DNA from: Felis catus
Lineage: Eukaryota
Length of the DNA: 64,000 nt
Assembly (NCBI RefSeq): GCF_018350175.1
Contig: NC_058368.1
Location: forward strand, 22,446,001 to 22,510,000
Direction: 5' to 3'
Below the pieces are notes generated by a model, which was given only the letters and a program-made list of their open reading frames with translations, was not told the DNA's origin and did no database searches. The translations under genes were made by a program, and so were the position numbers. Shown in pieces: positions 1 to 12,318 of this stretch. The stretch's first letter is position 1; every line of letters starts with the position of its first letter.

Positions 1-149
1 AGGCAGAACTTCTGTTCTCAAACATTGTGCTCTGTGCTAACTTTGGGCAGACTGCTACCTGCTCCCCACCCATTTTTCCTCTCCTTCTTCCATATTGTGG
101 AGTTTTTGGTGAATACAAGGCTATTCTTCTTGGACTTCCTTTTCTAGAT

Positions 150-460
150 GCCCTTGAAACTAGATGTGGACTTGCAACTGAGCTCTAACCGAGGCCATGC
201 AAGCAGAGGAGATGTCTGCAACTTCTATCAAAAGTTGCTTGCCCTGGACTTGCCTTGTTCCTGTGAGGGAGAGCAGACCTGCCAAGCTGGCACAAATTTG
301 CCAGACTGTGCTACCAAATTCCGTCTAATCAAGGATAAGTCATGGTCCTTAAACAACTACTCCTGCCTACCCCATCTGAATATTCTGATGACAGAAATGT
401 TTCCTGCATTCTGACAAAGATTTTTGTTATTGTTGTCATAGCACCTTAACTTCTACCATA
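150..460 (+). mobile_element. Degenerate MaLR (MLT1-like) LTR remnant, interrupted by a locally duplicated segment
   Basis: Loose resemblance to the old MLT1 body and 3' end (ttgttgtcatagcaccttaac); boundaries approximate. Confidence 0.3.
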
Positions 461-745
461 ATGGTTCAATAACCGTGTACTAGAACCAAATATAATTTTC
501 CAAGTGGTCACTTATTAATCCAAGATCTAGGCATCCTGAGGACAACTATTGCTTAGAGATATTCTAGGTTCAATTGTTTGTGAACAGAAATAATGCTATT
601 CTTTTGACTGTGATTTCCCAATGATCTGTGTAACTTTTATCATGCATCGATTAAAAATAATGTGGCAGAATACCACTTAATGACACAGAAGGAAGATGTT
701 CAAGATATATATATTTTTTGATCATAAGACTTCTGAGTAGACTTT

Positions 746-952
746 ATTATTTTTTGTTTTTTTAACATTTATTCATTTTTGAGAGACAAAGTGTGAGTGG
801 GGGAGGGGTAGAGAACGAGGGAGACACAGAATTTGAAGCAGGTTCTACACTCTGTCAACACAGAGCCCAACGTGGGGCTCCAACTGACAGACCACAAGAT
901 CATGACCTGAGCTGAAGTTGGACGCTTAACCGACTGAGCCACCCAGGTGCCC
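746..952 (-). mobile_element. Can-SINE (SINEC_Fc type)
   Basis: Reverse-complement head (gagccacccaggtgccc), GA tract and T-tail; TSD tctgagtagacttt at 732-745 and 953-966. Confidence 0.95.
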
Positions 953-976
953 TCTGAGTAGACTTTTTTTCATGAT

Positions 977-1199
977 TTTTTTTTTAAATTTTTTTTAACG
1001 CTTATTTATTTTTGAGACAGAGAGAGACAGAGCATGAATGGGGGAGGGTCAGAGAAAGAGGGAGACACAGAATCCGAAGCAGGCTCCAGGCTCCGAGCTG
1101 TCAGCACAGAGCCCGACGTGGGGCTCGAACTCATGGACCGTGAGATCATGACCTGAGCCGAAGTCGGACGCTTAACTGACTGAGCCACCCAGGCGCCCC
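977..1199 (-). mobile_element. Can-SINE (SINEC_Fc type)
   Basis: Full-length copy retaining CpGs; TSD tttcatgat at 968-976 and 1200-1208. Confidence 0.95.
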
Positions 1200-1212
1200 T
1201 TTCATGATATGT

Positions 1213-1408
1213 TTTATGTTTATTTGAGAAAGAGAGAGAGAGAAAACATAAGTGGGGGAGGGGCAGAGAGAGAGGGGGGAACAAAGGATCCAAAGTGGGC
1301 TCTGCACTGACAGCAGAGAGCCCGATGTGGGGCTCGAACTTGAAAACAACAAGATCATGACCTGAGCCAAAGTCGGACGCTTAACCAACTGAGCCACCCA
1401 GGTGCCTC
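1213..1408 (-). mobile_element. Can-SINE (SINEC_Fc type)
   Basis: Full-length; TSD catgatat at 1203 and 1409. Confidence 0.93.
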
Positions 1409-1627
1409 CATGATATTTTTTAAGTGAAAGAAAATGTCTTACAAAATGACAAATAAAGTGTGTGATCCCTGTTTTATTGCAGTGTATCTCATTATGTTGA
1501 GTGATTATAGATTTTTATTTCCTTTTTTTGACTTACTGTATATTATTTTTTCTTAAATGAGTGTATTATTTTTATTAAAACTTTTAAAATACGAAATAAA
1601 GGTGGAATACACACATACACACATATA

Positions 1628-1630
<3 letters not shown>

Positions 1631-1660
<30 letters not shown>
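1631..1660. repeat. (CA)15 microsatellite
   Basis: Read directly; an imperfect CA/TA tract begins about 1608. Confidence 0.97.
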
Positions 1661-1662
<2 letters not shown>

Positions 1663-1664
1663 AA

Positions 1665-2085
1665 TATAGGCTTCTCTAACAAATAAAACTCCAAAATGTA
1701 GCAACATAGAGAATTCAAAGTTCAGTTGTTGCTCACGGAATAACTCAGAATGTAGACTTCAGGTTGGCTGGTGGGGGCAGTCATTCAGGGCCTCATGCTA
1801 ACAGAGGCTCTGCCATACTGAACAAGTGACTTCCAAGTCACCATAGTCCTCTCCCTCCCCATAAGTAGCAATGAGGAAAGGACATGGAGGAGTGTGCAAG
1901 GCAGGAGTTTTAGGGCCAGGTTTGGAAATGTCACACATGCTACTCACATTCCATTGTCACATTCTACTCACATTTCATTTTCATATTCTACTCACATTCC
2001 ATTGTCACATTCTACTCACATTCCATTGTCACATTCCACTCACATTCCATTGTCAAGAACTCAGTCTTGCCACACCTACCTGTAC
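1665..2085 (-). mobile_element. MaLR LTR (old MLT1 J/K-like)
   Basis: Motifs gaggctctgccat, gggccagg..tggaa, ctcacattccattg..agaactcagtc typical of reverse-strand MLT1. Confidence 0.65.
1934..2055. repeat. 24-bp minisatellite, 5 copies (cacattctactcacattccattgt)
   Basis: Units start at 1934, 1958, 1982, 2006 and 2030; produces the HILLTFHC repeats in the ORF track. Confidence 0.95.
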
Positions 2086-2941
2086 ACCATCATCATTAAC
2101 TAACCTATGAGGCAATATCATTGCTCCCAGCTATTCATTCAGGTTAAACAAATGATTGAGTGTGAATTTTTATTGCTCATTCTTAGACTATTTTTTGGTT
2201 CAAACTTAGTGCTGCTAAAAGATAATTTATCAATTTTCCTGTCAAATTTTTTTTTCTGTAAAGATCAGGGGATGAGAATCTTCCTCTCCCCAAAGATTCA
2301 GGACTTAGCGTGTTATTTTATTTTATTTATTTTTTAGCTCTGTAACAGTCATATTGATTCACTTTGTTATTATGCCCTAACTAAGTTTCATGTCTAAGCA
2401 AGTGGCACCTATTATTTATAGGTCAGGAAAATAGTTGACATTCAGTCTTGTCTCTGGGGTGAAGCTAATGAATGGTAAGATTGGTTCATGGTGAATAAAT
2501 TAGATTGAAACCACGGAATTCATAAGTTTGATATTTTCTTTCTTTAAATCCCAGATTGCTATCTGTGACTCCCTACTGTTTGCCTTTTGATTTTATAGAT
2601 CATATGAAATAAGCTCTTTGCAACTTCATCCCCACACTCTTCCTTTCTATCCTCTCCTCAAGTAAAGGGCTAACTTATACAGTCCAAAGAATTATGTGAG
2701 ACTTATTTCCTTGGGTGATGGTAACAAATTTCTTCTGACCAAGGATAAGCCACAAGTCCTTAAGCAATTTCTACTTCTCACCTCATCTGAAATATTCTGA
2801 TGACAGAAATGTTTCTGGCATTCTGACCGAATTATTCTGATGGTAACACAGAAGGAGTGGGTTTGGAGACTTGAAACTCTGAGTCAGGAGAGGAGGCATG
2901 AGGGATAAATAGCCTTGAAACTTTAAGAGTTAAGGTTAGGA

Positions 2942-3173
2942 GGGTGGCTCAGTTGGTTAAGCTTCCAGCTTTGGCTCAGGTCATGAGCTCATGGTTCCAT
3001 GAGTTTGAGCCCTGCATTGGGTTCTCTGCTGTCAGCGCAGAGTCCCCTTTGGATCCTCTGTCCCCCTCTCTCTCTGCCCCTTCCCTTTTTCTCCCTACCC
3101 TTCCCCCCTCCACCCACCCCCTCCCCTGCTTGTGCTCTGTCTTTCTCTCAAAAATAAATAAACATTAAAAAAA
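2942..3173 (+). mobile_element. Can-SINE, slightly 5'-truncated
   Basis: gggtggctcagttggttaag head, CT tract, aaaataaataaacatt tail; 17-bp TSD aagagttaag(g/t)ttagga at 2925-2941 and 3174-3190. Confidence 0.95.
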
Positions 3174-3517
3174 AAGAGTTAAGTTTAGGAAAAATTAGAG
3201 ATTATGAACAATGTTTTGAAAGCTAATTAGCATCTGAAAAGACAGGCAAAAAAGGAACTAGACCCTAGACCAGTAAATGTGCGCTTAAACAAATGGAAGT
3301 CAATAAGAGTGGAAAATCCAATGCTCTAGAAGCTGTCAAATCATGTATGCCTCAACATATCCCCCCCACTATTCATGTATTTTCTTTCTCCTCTATTCCC
3401 TGATTTACTTGCCCATTCCCCTTTCACACCTATTTCTTCCTGGTACTCTTCTGAACTATTTATACATCTTTCTCACACCTTAAAATGGCCACAAAATGGA
3501 ATAATCAAAAATATATA

Positions 3518-3800
3518 CATTTACTCACAAATATTTTAAGCACTAAATATCAGTGCCTGTATTAGGTCCTGGGTGTCCAAAGATGAATAAAATATACTTC
3601 CCAACCTCAAATAGCTCACAGTCTGTTTGGTCAAATACTTCTGCTCTTTGGGAGTATGAAGGGTAGAAAGGTTGATTTTGCCAGGGAGAATCAAGGGAGA
3701 TGTCCTAAAGAAGAGGACACTTAGCTACTTAAAAGATAAGTAGCATTTTGCTAGGTAGAGAAATAGAGAACCTTTCAGGCAGAGGGAACAGCATGTAAAC
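3518..3800 (-). mobile_element. L2 LINE 3' fragment
   Basis: catttactcacaaatatt...agatgaataaa...caggcagagggaacagcatg pattern. Confidence 0.7.
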
Positions 3801-5004
3801 TTTTTTTCTTAAACAAGATTTCCCAGTACTAAATGAACCTCATCAAGAATTATCAAAGAAAGTATTTCCTTTCTTATCTATCATGAGATATGGTAACCTG
3901 ACTAATGATGTCAAAGTAAGCTTTGCCTTTCCATATTCCAGTTTGCTTGAATTCCAGTCATCTGAAAACGTAGCTGAACACCAAGAACCAGTGAACAAAG
4001 GTCTCCTGAGTAGCCAAAAATTTTGTTGCAAAGTTTCTCTGTGTACTGAAGAATCACTCAACTCTTTCTGGGTATTATGGGCATCATTCTAACAAAGCAA
4101 TTCAGAGGCAGTCATATGGGATGGGAGTAGGGAAGGGCTCTGAAGTTAGGGGCTATTTCAGGCACACTTACTAGGAATAGTAAAGGCTAGAATGCTGGAA
4201 GTATGGAAGGAGTCAGAAAAACCAGCAGTGGGTTCAGCTGCTCTAATCATAGCTGTCCAGGAACACTGAGTGAAAATGCAAAGAAGTTGGCATGCCTTGG
4301 TCAGCTGTGCACAGTCGACTAACTGCATTGATGTTCATAATGACTATAATGGGTTATTTATAAAGGAGATTAAATTCAGTTCCATGTGCTCTGTCTTAGA
4401 AAGCAGTTTATAATTAATTTTAGAAAGATTGCTACTTAAAGTAGTTAAACTTTTCTTCCAAAAGGGGCTATTGTAACCCCAAATAGTTTGTTATGTAGCT
4501 CTATTAATACAAGGTTTTATCGAATATTACTGAAAATCATTACTACTTACATTTCGCCTTTTTAAAAAAATATTTTCTTTTAAAAACTCTTTTAACCATC
4601 TTTACTTCTTACCTCAAGCAGTTAGCCGGTGGGGCCAGGAGAGAGGCACTGAGCCATATTCCTGCCCGTCTGAGCCATTTCCAAGCTTGGCGCTGTGGTA
4701 GGCACATTGTTGAGCTAGGGTCTGCTACCTGGGAGTGGAGTAATGTTCAAGAGGAAGGATCACATTAAACCAGACAGTTCTATGTTTAGCTTCAAATGAA
4801 AATTTAAAGCATTTTCAAAGCCATGTTTACATTTAACTACAATTTGTTTATATAAAAGAATCATTGCTAGTGGGAAAGATCTGGACAACCAACATCTTAA
4901 ATTAGACCACTTCTGAACATGTTGCTGAAAGCCAGAGCCTCCTTTACCACCTTTCTGGATTGTTCCCCATTGCTCAGGCTCTTGTCTTGACTAATTTGGG
5001 GCCA

Positions 5005-5480
5005 TGGAACAAATACTGAGTACTGTATGGGAGAAACATGCAAGGAAATTGGGGGCAGACAGAGATGAAAAACACATTTCCTTGCTTCTCAAAGAGTTTG
5101 GTGGGGAGAGAAGGATGTTTGCAGAGAAATCAAGTCAAGGTATAATATGAAGAGTATGATAAATGCTATAAGCAAAATGTGATTGGAATAGTTGGAGAGA
5201 GATTCTTTTCGGTCAGGCAGTCTGGGGCTTAGAGGCCCCGGGAAACCTTTGTAAAGAAAATATTATAGTTGAGTTTTTGAGGATAGGTATGATTTCAACA
5301 GGGAAAGATGGAAAGGAAGTTTCTTCTGGGTAGAGAGGACAGAGAACCTGAAAACATAGGGTTAAGGAGACACAGGACAGGTATCAAGAAGTTGGTTTTG
5401 AGGTGCACAAAGATATGGAGGGATGTTGTTGGGAAGAATATCTGGATAGGCAGGCTGGGGCCAGGTCACTGAGGCTGTTT
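5005..5480 (-). mobile_element. L2 LINE 3' fragment
   Basis: aacaaatactgagtact...gagatgaa...ggctggggccaggtca pattern. Confidence 0.6.
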
Positions 5481-7592
5481 AGTGCTGTGTCTGAGGCTTC
5501 ACATGTGGGCAGTGAGGTGCGGGGGAGGAGCAACTTGTTGTTCTTGAATCATACTCAGTGTTACAGCCCAAGGCCAAAAAGCATTTGCTCCATCCACGAG
5601 ATTGAAGAAAAGGAGAACCAGGAGCTAGAGGTCGTGCAGCAAAAAGCTCTCTCCATCCTCCCTCTAACAGTGACAGATGCCTGTGGCTAAAGCCCCAGTG
5701 GTCTGGGTGACCCAGCATGGCCTGTGCTCAGCTGGTGTGGAAACTTCTCCCTCACTCCATTGTCCCCTCCTTTACCACAGAAGACAGTCACCTTCATTCC
5801 TGAGCCCCAGTGGCACTGGCCACCTTGACCAGTCTTTGGAGTGTTTTGCTTAATGAACAAGCTGATTCCAGCCCCTTATACTAAACTATAAATCCTGGAA
5901 GACGTGAGTTAATTACTGTTTCTTTTGTTTATCCCTATACAGTAACGGATACATAGTAGGCTTGCAAAACAAAAGGCCTTATTAATTAGACCAGCCAACT
6001 TTCTTCCTTACAGGATGGCTGAGTGAAGAGTATTAAAATAGCAAACTACTTAATCTTTTAAAGATTCCTAAGAAGAAAGCTGTAAGTGGTCAAATAACAT
6101 AGATGTTTTCTTTAAATTAGCATAATTGGTTACATGAGTATTTTTAGCTGCTAACAAGGTATAGAAATCTCCAGAATGCCAGTGCTGCTTACACCCACTT
6201 CTTGGCCAATATTTCACCAGGCCCTGAGTCATAGCTCTGAAATCAATTCTGCCCTTTACTGCAAAATCATTACAGGGCCAGGAAAAATGATCCATGCTGT
6301 TTAATCAGTGGGGGTGCTGGAAAATCAGGAGACGATACCATGCTGTGTGATAAGGGTCTGGATGAAGTATGCCAACCAGAAATGTGGAGAGTATAATCAT
6401 ATTCAATCCCATACCTAGCTTCAAAATGAACTCAAGAGAAAGGATATACTGATGCACTCTATGTAATTCACAGAATCACAAATTTTTGCCCATTCAATTT
6501 CTTGTGGAGTCGTTTAAATCTTTCTTTCCCAAATAAAAAAAGCATTCTAAAGATGAAAGATTTGTGATATAAGAAACTGAATCTAGATATAAAATGATGT
6601 CAGTCTACTGCCTATTATTTTGTGTTATTCTCTCATTTAAAAAAAAATCTGAGTTAAGAAAATGATAGGGGAGAATAAAAGGAAAATATTTACCATGCAT
6701 TCAGCAAAAGTGCAGAACTGAAGAGATTCCAGTAGGAAGATGTCAGTATTATTCTTGCCATATCACACATTCCAAAGAATGTAAAACTGTGGCTCCCAGA
6801 GAGAAGAGAATTTATTAGCTGTGTGAGAGGGAATGGGGCCTTTCTTCATCTTTTCCTGGAGATCCTGAAAGTAGTATCTTTTAGAGGCCATAAGCAAGGG
6901 GGTCACTTTCTTGCTCATTTGCATATCCTCAGACTTGGTCACCAGTTCTCAGGTCCGGTGTTTTGGAGCCATGGTGGAAGGGTCACATGAGAGTAAGCTT
7001 GATTGATGGTTTAAATAAAGACCTGCTTCTGACCTTCTTGTTAGGGGCAGTTTAGGGGCTGGTAGAATCAGAACCTCTGTGCCCATGGTAAGACCACGAC
7101 TCCCTCAGGCTCATGGGATTCCCCTGCTGTTTTCATTGTGAATTACTGAGACCCAAGCCTCCTTTATCACTGCTTTCCAGATTGTTCTCCACTGCTCAGT
7201 CTACTGCCTTGACTAACTTAGGGCCACACAACCAATATTCATTTAGTATTCTGTGGGACACACATGCTAGGGACTGGGGGGAGCAGAGATAAATAAGGTG
7301 GTTTTTTTGTTCCTCAATACATTTAAAGGGGAGAAAAGGATGTTTGCAGAGAATTCAGTACAAGTACTTCTGTAACTCACCCTCTTACCATGTGTGTCCT
7401 CTTTTACCCGCCAGCAGCCTTGTAAGGATCCAGGAGGGAACATTTGCCCAATAGGAGTACTTTTTTTAGAGGAACTTGTCCATGAGGCACACGGAGTGAG
7501 AGATGCATAGCAGGGTGGCCAGGCAGCTTGTTTATTGATCAGCTCTGTGGGCAGTGACTGCACATAATGGGCTCTCAGTAATAGCAGTTGCT

Positions 7593-7745
7593 AACAACAA
7601 CAACAACAACAACAACAACCATTTAATGAAAATTCACTATGTGCCCAGAGCTTTGCATACATTATACCAATAAATTGTTATCACAACTCTCTAAGGTAGA
7701 TACCATTATTGTCATTTTCCAGATGAATCTCTGAGAACTCAGGCA
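7593..7745 (-). mobile_element. MIR fragment with (AAC)9 tail
   Basis: cactatgtgccc...cacaactct..aggtagata..attatt..cattttccagatga core. Confidence 0.7.
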
Positions 7746-9637
7746 CCCAACAGAGCATCTGAAAAGTGTCCTCATCATCACGGACAAATCAAGGGCATGC
7801 TTTAGATAATAAAAAACCTTTTAAATAATGTTCTTTTATCCATTCATTCATTTAGCAAACCTTCATTGAGCACCTACACCTGCAAAGGAGACGGATGTAT
7901 GAACCAACAATTTTATTTCAGTACTGTACCAGGATGATTGACCACATCTCTCTGCCTAATTAAGAAGTTATGAAAACACAGTATTCTAAAATGTTTGAAT
8001 TATGAGAGTATTCACAAAAGCATCTGAAAATGGCTTCAGACATAAGGACACAATAAGGCTCTATTTTAGCAAGACATGTTTTGGCTGTGGAATTTTCAAA
8101 GACGATTGCCCCTCTGTTGCTGTTCAGTTCTTCACAGTGTGTTTGGTTTAAAGAAAGAATTTGATGGAAACCCAATAGTTCTATCGCAACACTTACTATT
8201 TAAATTCTCTTCTTGTCACTCTTCCAAATACTTTCCCTCAGCACATTTATTCCCTTAGATCCTTTACAGTCAGCATTTTAGAGACAGCTTCCTTTTTAAT
8301 TTGGATCTTGGCACCTTAAAAATAGAGCTTGATCAAGGAAAACGCTGCATTCTTTCCCCAATCTTCAACTGTCTAAGACTGCCCCCTTAATAATACTTCA
8401 CATTTATCTTAGAGCTAAAGAGTTTTCAAAGGGCTTTCCCATACATTATTTTAATTAATCCTCTTAATTACTTGATGTATTAGGCCGGAAAGTATTCTTT
8501 TTGCTGTTTTTACGGGTATTACAAAAGCAAAGCCATACACGTGGAAGACAGAAAGAACTCCAAGAATACAAATGATTACAAAATTAAAAAGGAGAACTTA
8601 TTCTCTGCTGGTAGCCACTGTCACCGTTACGGTCTCCTGTGTGTGTCCTGGGCTGTGACTTCCTTTCTCAACACGAGCCATTTCAATGCCTGTGATTCTG
8701 AGTACTGTTATGGATGTGTCCCCTCCCATACATCTTTATTGTTGATCGATGGGATGTCTGGGAGGGGAGTGAGGTAGGTACAGGTGTGTAGTCTGCCCCC
8801 TCCTGAACCCAAACTTGGTCATTGCCACTTGATAGTTCCTGAAACCTGGGCACAGAAGGAGTGAGTGCTTTGTCAAATGCCTATTACACGGTGGAGCTGA
8901 AAACCAGAATTTTGGTTTCCTGCCACCTAGTCTAATGTTCTATTTCTCTATATCTCTCTACCACCTCTTATCCTCCATTCGTATCAGCGGAATTCAATAC
9001 AGCTGAGCAGGAATGTTTACAAGCATTTATTGAGCACGTACCTCAGTAGAGCCAAATGTAAGGACAGACAGTGCATTTGTATTTGCTTTGAATGTTTTTC
9101 CCAACTCACTGTGCTCTCATTCTAATCTTGGGTTTTCACAGAAATGTCAGAGGTAAAAAGATTTTGGAAAGTTTTAGTTTTAAAACCTCATGTAAGTTGT
9201 TTTCAGTAAGAGCTTTAAAATAAATTAGTTGACTGCGGGTGGAAAACGGACTTTTAAAAATTTTATTATGACCTGTGAACATCACATTCATTAGTGCCTA
9301 GTTTAGTTCCAGTTTCTGAAACCTAGTGGTGTGTGGGATGAAGAAAAGACATAAATTACTTTTGTCTACTGTGGAGCCAAAACATATGCCGCCCTTAATC
9401 TCATTCACATCCACCTATATTTTTCTTCTTGTTGCCAGTTTTTGTACCCATTAATTATTTTTTAAAAAGCTGGAACATGGAATTATGGCTGTTATTATAC
9501 ACACAGGGCCTGTTAAACAAAGTAGATTAAAATTTCTCACCTTCATTTTCGGAAGGCCATTGTCAATATTACCAGAGAGAAAGAGGTGTAAGTAGGGATT
9601 CCCTTTTAATGAGGAAGTCTGAGGGCAGAGAATAGCG

Positions 9638-9900
9638 ATTTACTCATCCAATGTACAAGTATCTATTACACATCTCCTACTATGTCCAGTTGGAAACTTG
9701 GGATAAAAACTTAGACAAAATGGTGAGTATCTAGCAGAGGAGGCAGGCAGGAACCAAATAATAGAAATATGTAGTAAAATGATGAACTGGAAGAAGCACC
9801 ATGGAGAGCAAGTCCATGTACAATACCACTGATAACTGGGGCCAGGCAGACAAGGAAGACTTTTATGAAGGAGGGATATTTGAGATGGGTTCTAGATGTA
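9638..9900 (-). mobile_element. L2 LINE 3' fragment
   Basis: atttactcatcc...cctactatgtcc...aggaagactt...atttgagatggg. Confidence 0.6.
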
Positions 9901-9966
9901 AGAGAGCAGTGTCAAAAGCAGTCCCACACAGGCTCCTTGGGTAGCATAGAAAACAGTCATGATCAG

Positions 9967-10085
9967 GGGGGTGCCTGGGTGGCTCAGCCAATTAAACGTC
10001 TGACTCCTAATTTCAGCTCAAGTCATGATCTCACAGTTTGTGAGATTGAGCCCTGCATCAGGCTCCATCGTGGAGCCTGCTTGGG

Positions 10086-10131
<46 letters not shown>

Positions 10132-10234
10132 TCTGCCTCTCCCCCCCCCCTCTGCTCTTCCTCTGCTTGTGTGCATGTGCTCTCTCTCTCTCTCTCTCTC
10201 TCTCTCAAAGTAAACAAACTTAAATAAAAATAAA
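9967..10234 (+). mobile_element. Can-SINE with expanded (CT)n tracts
   Basis: ggggtgcctgggtggctcag head and A-rich tail; agaaaacagt on both flanks. Confidence 0.92.
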
Positions 10235-10614
10235 AGAAAACAGTTGGGGGCCTAAGGTACCTGTTAAAGGAGGACACACCTGACACTTTGCACTCTTTTG
10301 GGTAGCTTACAAGGGCAAGGAAGAGACTTTTCAGAAGGCATTATTAGATTTCTCTCAGTTTAACAGAGATTTCTTGGAAATGTATCCAAAGGACAAGTGA
10401 GAGTAGCTGGCTGCTTGTCCGTAAGCAATTTTGTGGTTCTACAAGCTGAAGAATGTGTGTAGCCACACACACAAGATATATTTGTATTTCCCTATATATT
10501 ATAGAAGTGGAAATTAAAGAGCATGGTTCTGGGGCAACACCTTCCACCACTCCTCATTAAAGCATATAACTATAGCTTCAAGTCTCTGTGGAAAGGGCAC
10601 ACAAAAGGGGCTTG

Positions 10615-10722
10615 GGAAGTCTAGGGTTTAAACCTCTGTTCTGCACCTATTAATATGACCCTGGACATGTTACCTCACATCTCTGGGTCTCAGATTCATC
10701 ATTTAAATGCAGGAAGTAATAT
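10615..10722 (+). mobile_element. MIR fragment
   Basis: tgaccctggacatgttacctcacatctctgggtctcag core. Confidence 0.65.
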
Positions 10723-11900
10723 GCTGATGACTCACGAATCTACCTTTCAGTCCCAATCTCTTTCCTGAGGTCCCTACCCTTATGTTCAACTGCTCTTGGA
10801 CACTATGTAGGTGTTTTATGGACAACTCAAATTCATTTTGTCCAAAACCAAACTCATCTCAACCCCTACCTCCAGTAAAAGAAAACATTGTTCTTCCTGA
10901 GGTTTTTCCCAGAGTGGTGAATAGGTGCCCTTCTCTGTGGCACCATAAGCTGGAAACTTCGGCTGTACTTTTCACCTTCTGCCTCCCCACATTTTCAGTT
11001 CCTCAGCATGTCCTATGAGTGTTGCTCTCTGTCTCTCCTCACTGCCACTTGCCCTCTTATATCTTATACTGCAACCTCATTGAGCTCCTTTTCATACTTG
11101 AGATGAGCCGTGGACTTGCTTTCCACTTGGTCTTTGAAAAGGAGGTTCCCTTTGCCTGGAATACTCTGACCACATCCCATCTGTTACTGTCTTCTGCTTA
11201 AATCCCATCTCCACTGGGAGTCTTCCCCCCACCCATCCTCCTCTGGACCAGGTTAGTCGCCTCTGCTCAGCAGATCCATAACACCCCATACTTCCCCAAG
11301 TGCAGGGGTCCCTCCCACCCTGATCCAAAGGGGATACCTGTCAAGGTCCCCCAGTGGATGCCTGAAACCACAGGTAGTACTGAACCCTATATACACTGTT
11401 TTTTTCCTATCCATACACACCTATGATAAAGTTTAATTTATAAATTGGGTATAGTAAGAAATTAACACCAATAACTAATAATAAAATAGAACAATTATAA
11501 GAGTATACTGTAATAAAAGCTGTGTAAATATGGTCTCTCTCAAAATATCTTATTGTACCATACTCACCCTTCTTGTGATGATGTGAGATGATAAAATGCC
11601 TGTGTAACGAGATGAAGTGAGGTCAATGATGTACGCACTGTTATATACCGTAAGGCTACTACTGACCTTCTGACAGTATTTCAGGAGGATCTTCTTCCTG
11701 ACCAAGGTTGACTGCCACTAAGTGAAAGTGTGGGGAACTGAAATCACGGAACAAAACTGCAGATAAGGGAGGACTACTGTATAGCATTTATTTTGGAGAC
11801 TTGTTTGTTTATCTAACTCCTCCATTCTTAGCTCCTTAATACAGGGACTCTATCCATCTTGCTCATTAGTATATCCCTGGCACTCAATAGTGTGGAAAGA
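10722..11900 (+). mobile_element. L2 LINE 3' region, interrupted by MER44
   Basis: atgctgatgactc...tccaaaaccaaactcatc...gttccctttgcctggaatactct...agctcctt..cagggact; resumes after 11781. Confidence 0.7.
11303..11779 (-). mobile_element. MER44 (TcMar-Tigger MITE)
   Basis: Right TIR gataagggaggactactg followed by TA; internal cccccagtggatgcctgaaacc and ctatgataaagtttaatttataaatt match recalled MER44. Confidence 0.85.
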
Positions 11901-12199
11901 TGGAAGGAAGATAGACAAGAAATGAGCAAGGGAAGAACTGACGAAAAATAGTATAAGAAAGGTGCTTGGTAAAAGGAATCCATCATTATCGCTATTCCTG
12001 GCACAAGAGGTTCCAGAAGGAAGTTCTTGTAAATTAAGGCATTTTACCTCCTGGGAACGCGATCTGAGGGTGGAGCACCCCCTGAACTCAGGATGAAGAG
12101 ATCCTTGCTCACATTATTTGAAGATGAGGCAGTATGTGAAGTAAGGGATTTCCCTCCGCCTCCCTCCGTTGGTGTGTGAGGTAGCTGCAAAAAGCCATT

Positions 12200-12318
12200 G
12201 ACTATATACTTTGGGGTAGTTGCTTCCTTTCTTTGAGGCTTAGTTTGGTCATGTATGACATGAGGGGATTACACAGGACAATGTCTAGGGGCTCTTCCAA
12301 CTCCAGCATAGTTTGATT
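12200..12318 (+). mobile_element. MIR3-like fragment
   Basis: gaggggatt...tctagggg.tcttccaactccagcat tail. Confidence 0.55.

Noticed and set aside
1871..2110. Repeat-protein ORFs (HILLTFHC)n, or a CRISPR-like array
   Set aside because: Head-to-tail 24-bp minisatellite with no spacers, inside a mammalian LTR; no cas genes
2714..2827. C/D box snoRNA in the duplicated segment (TGATGA and CTGA motifs)
   Set aside because: TGATGA-to-CTGA spacing is only about 20 nt, there is no terminal stem, and the upstream C-like box is missing from the other copy
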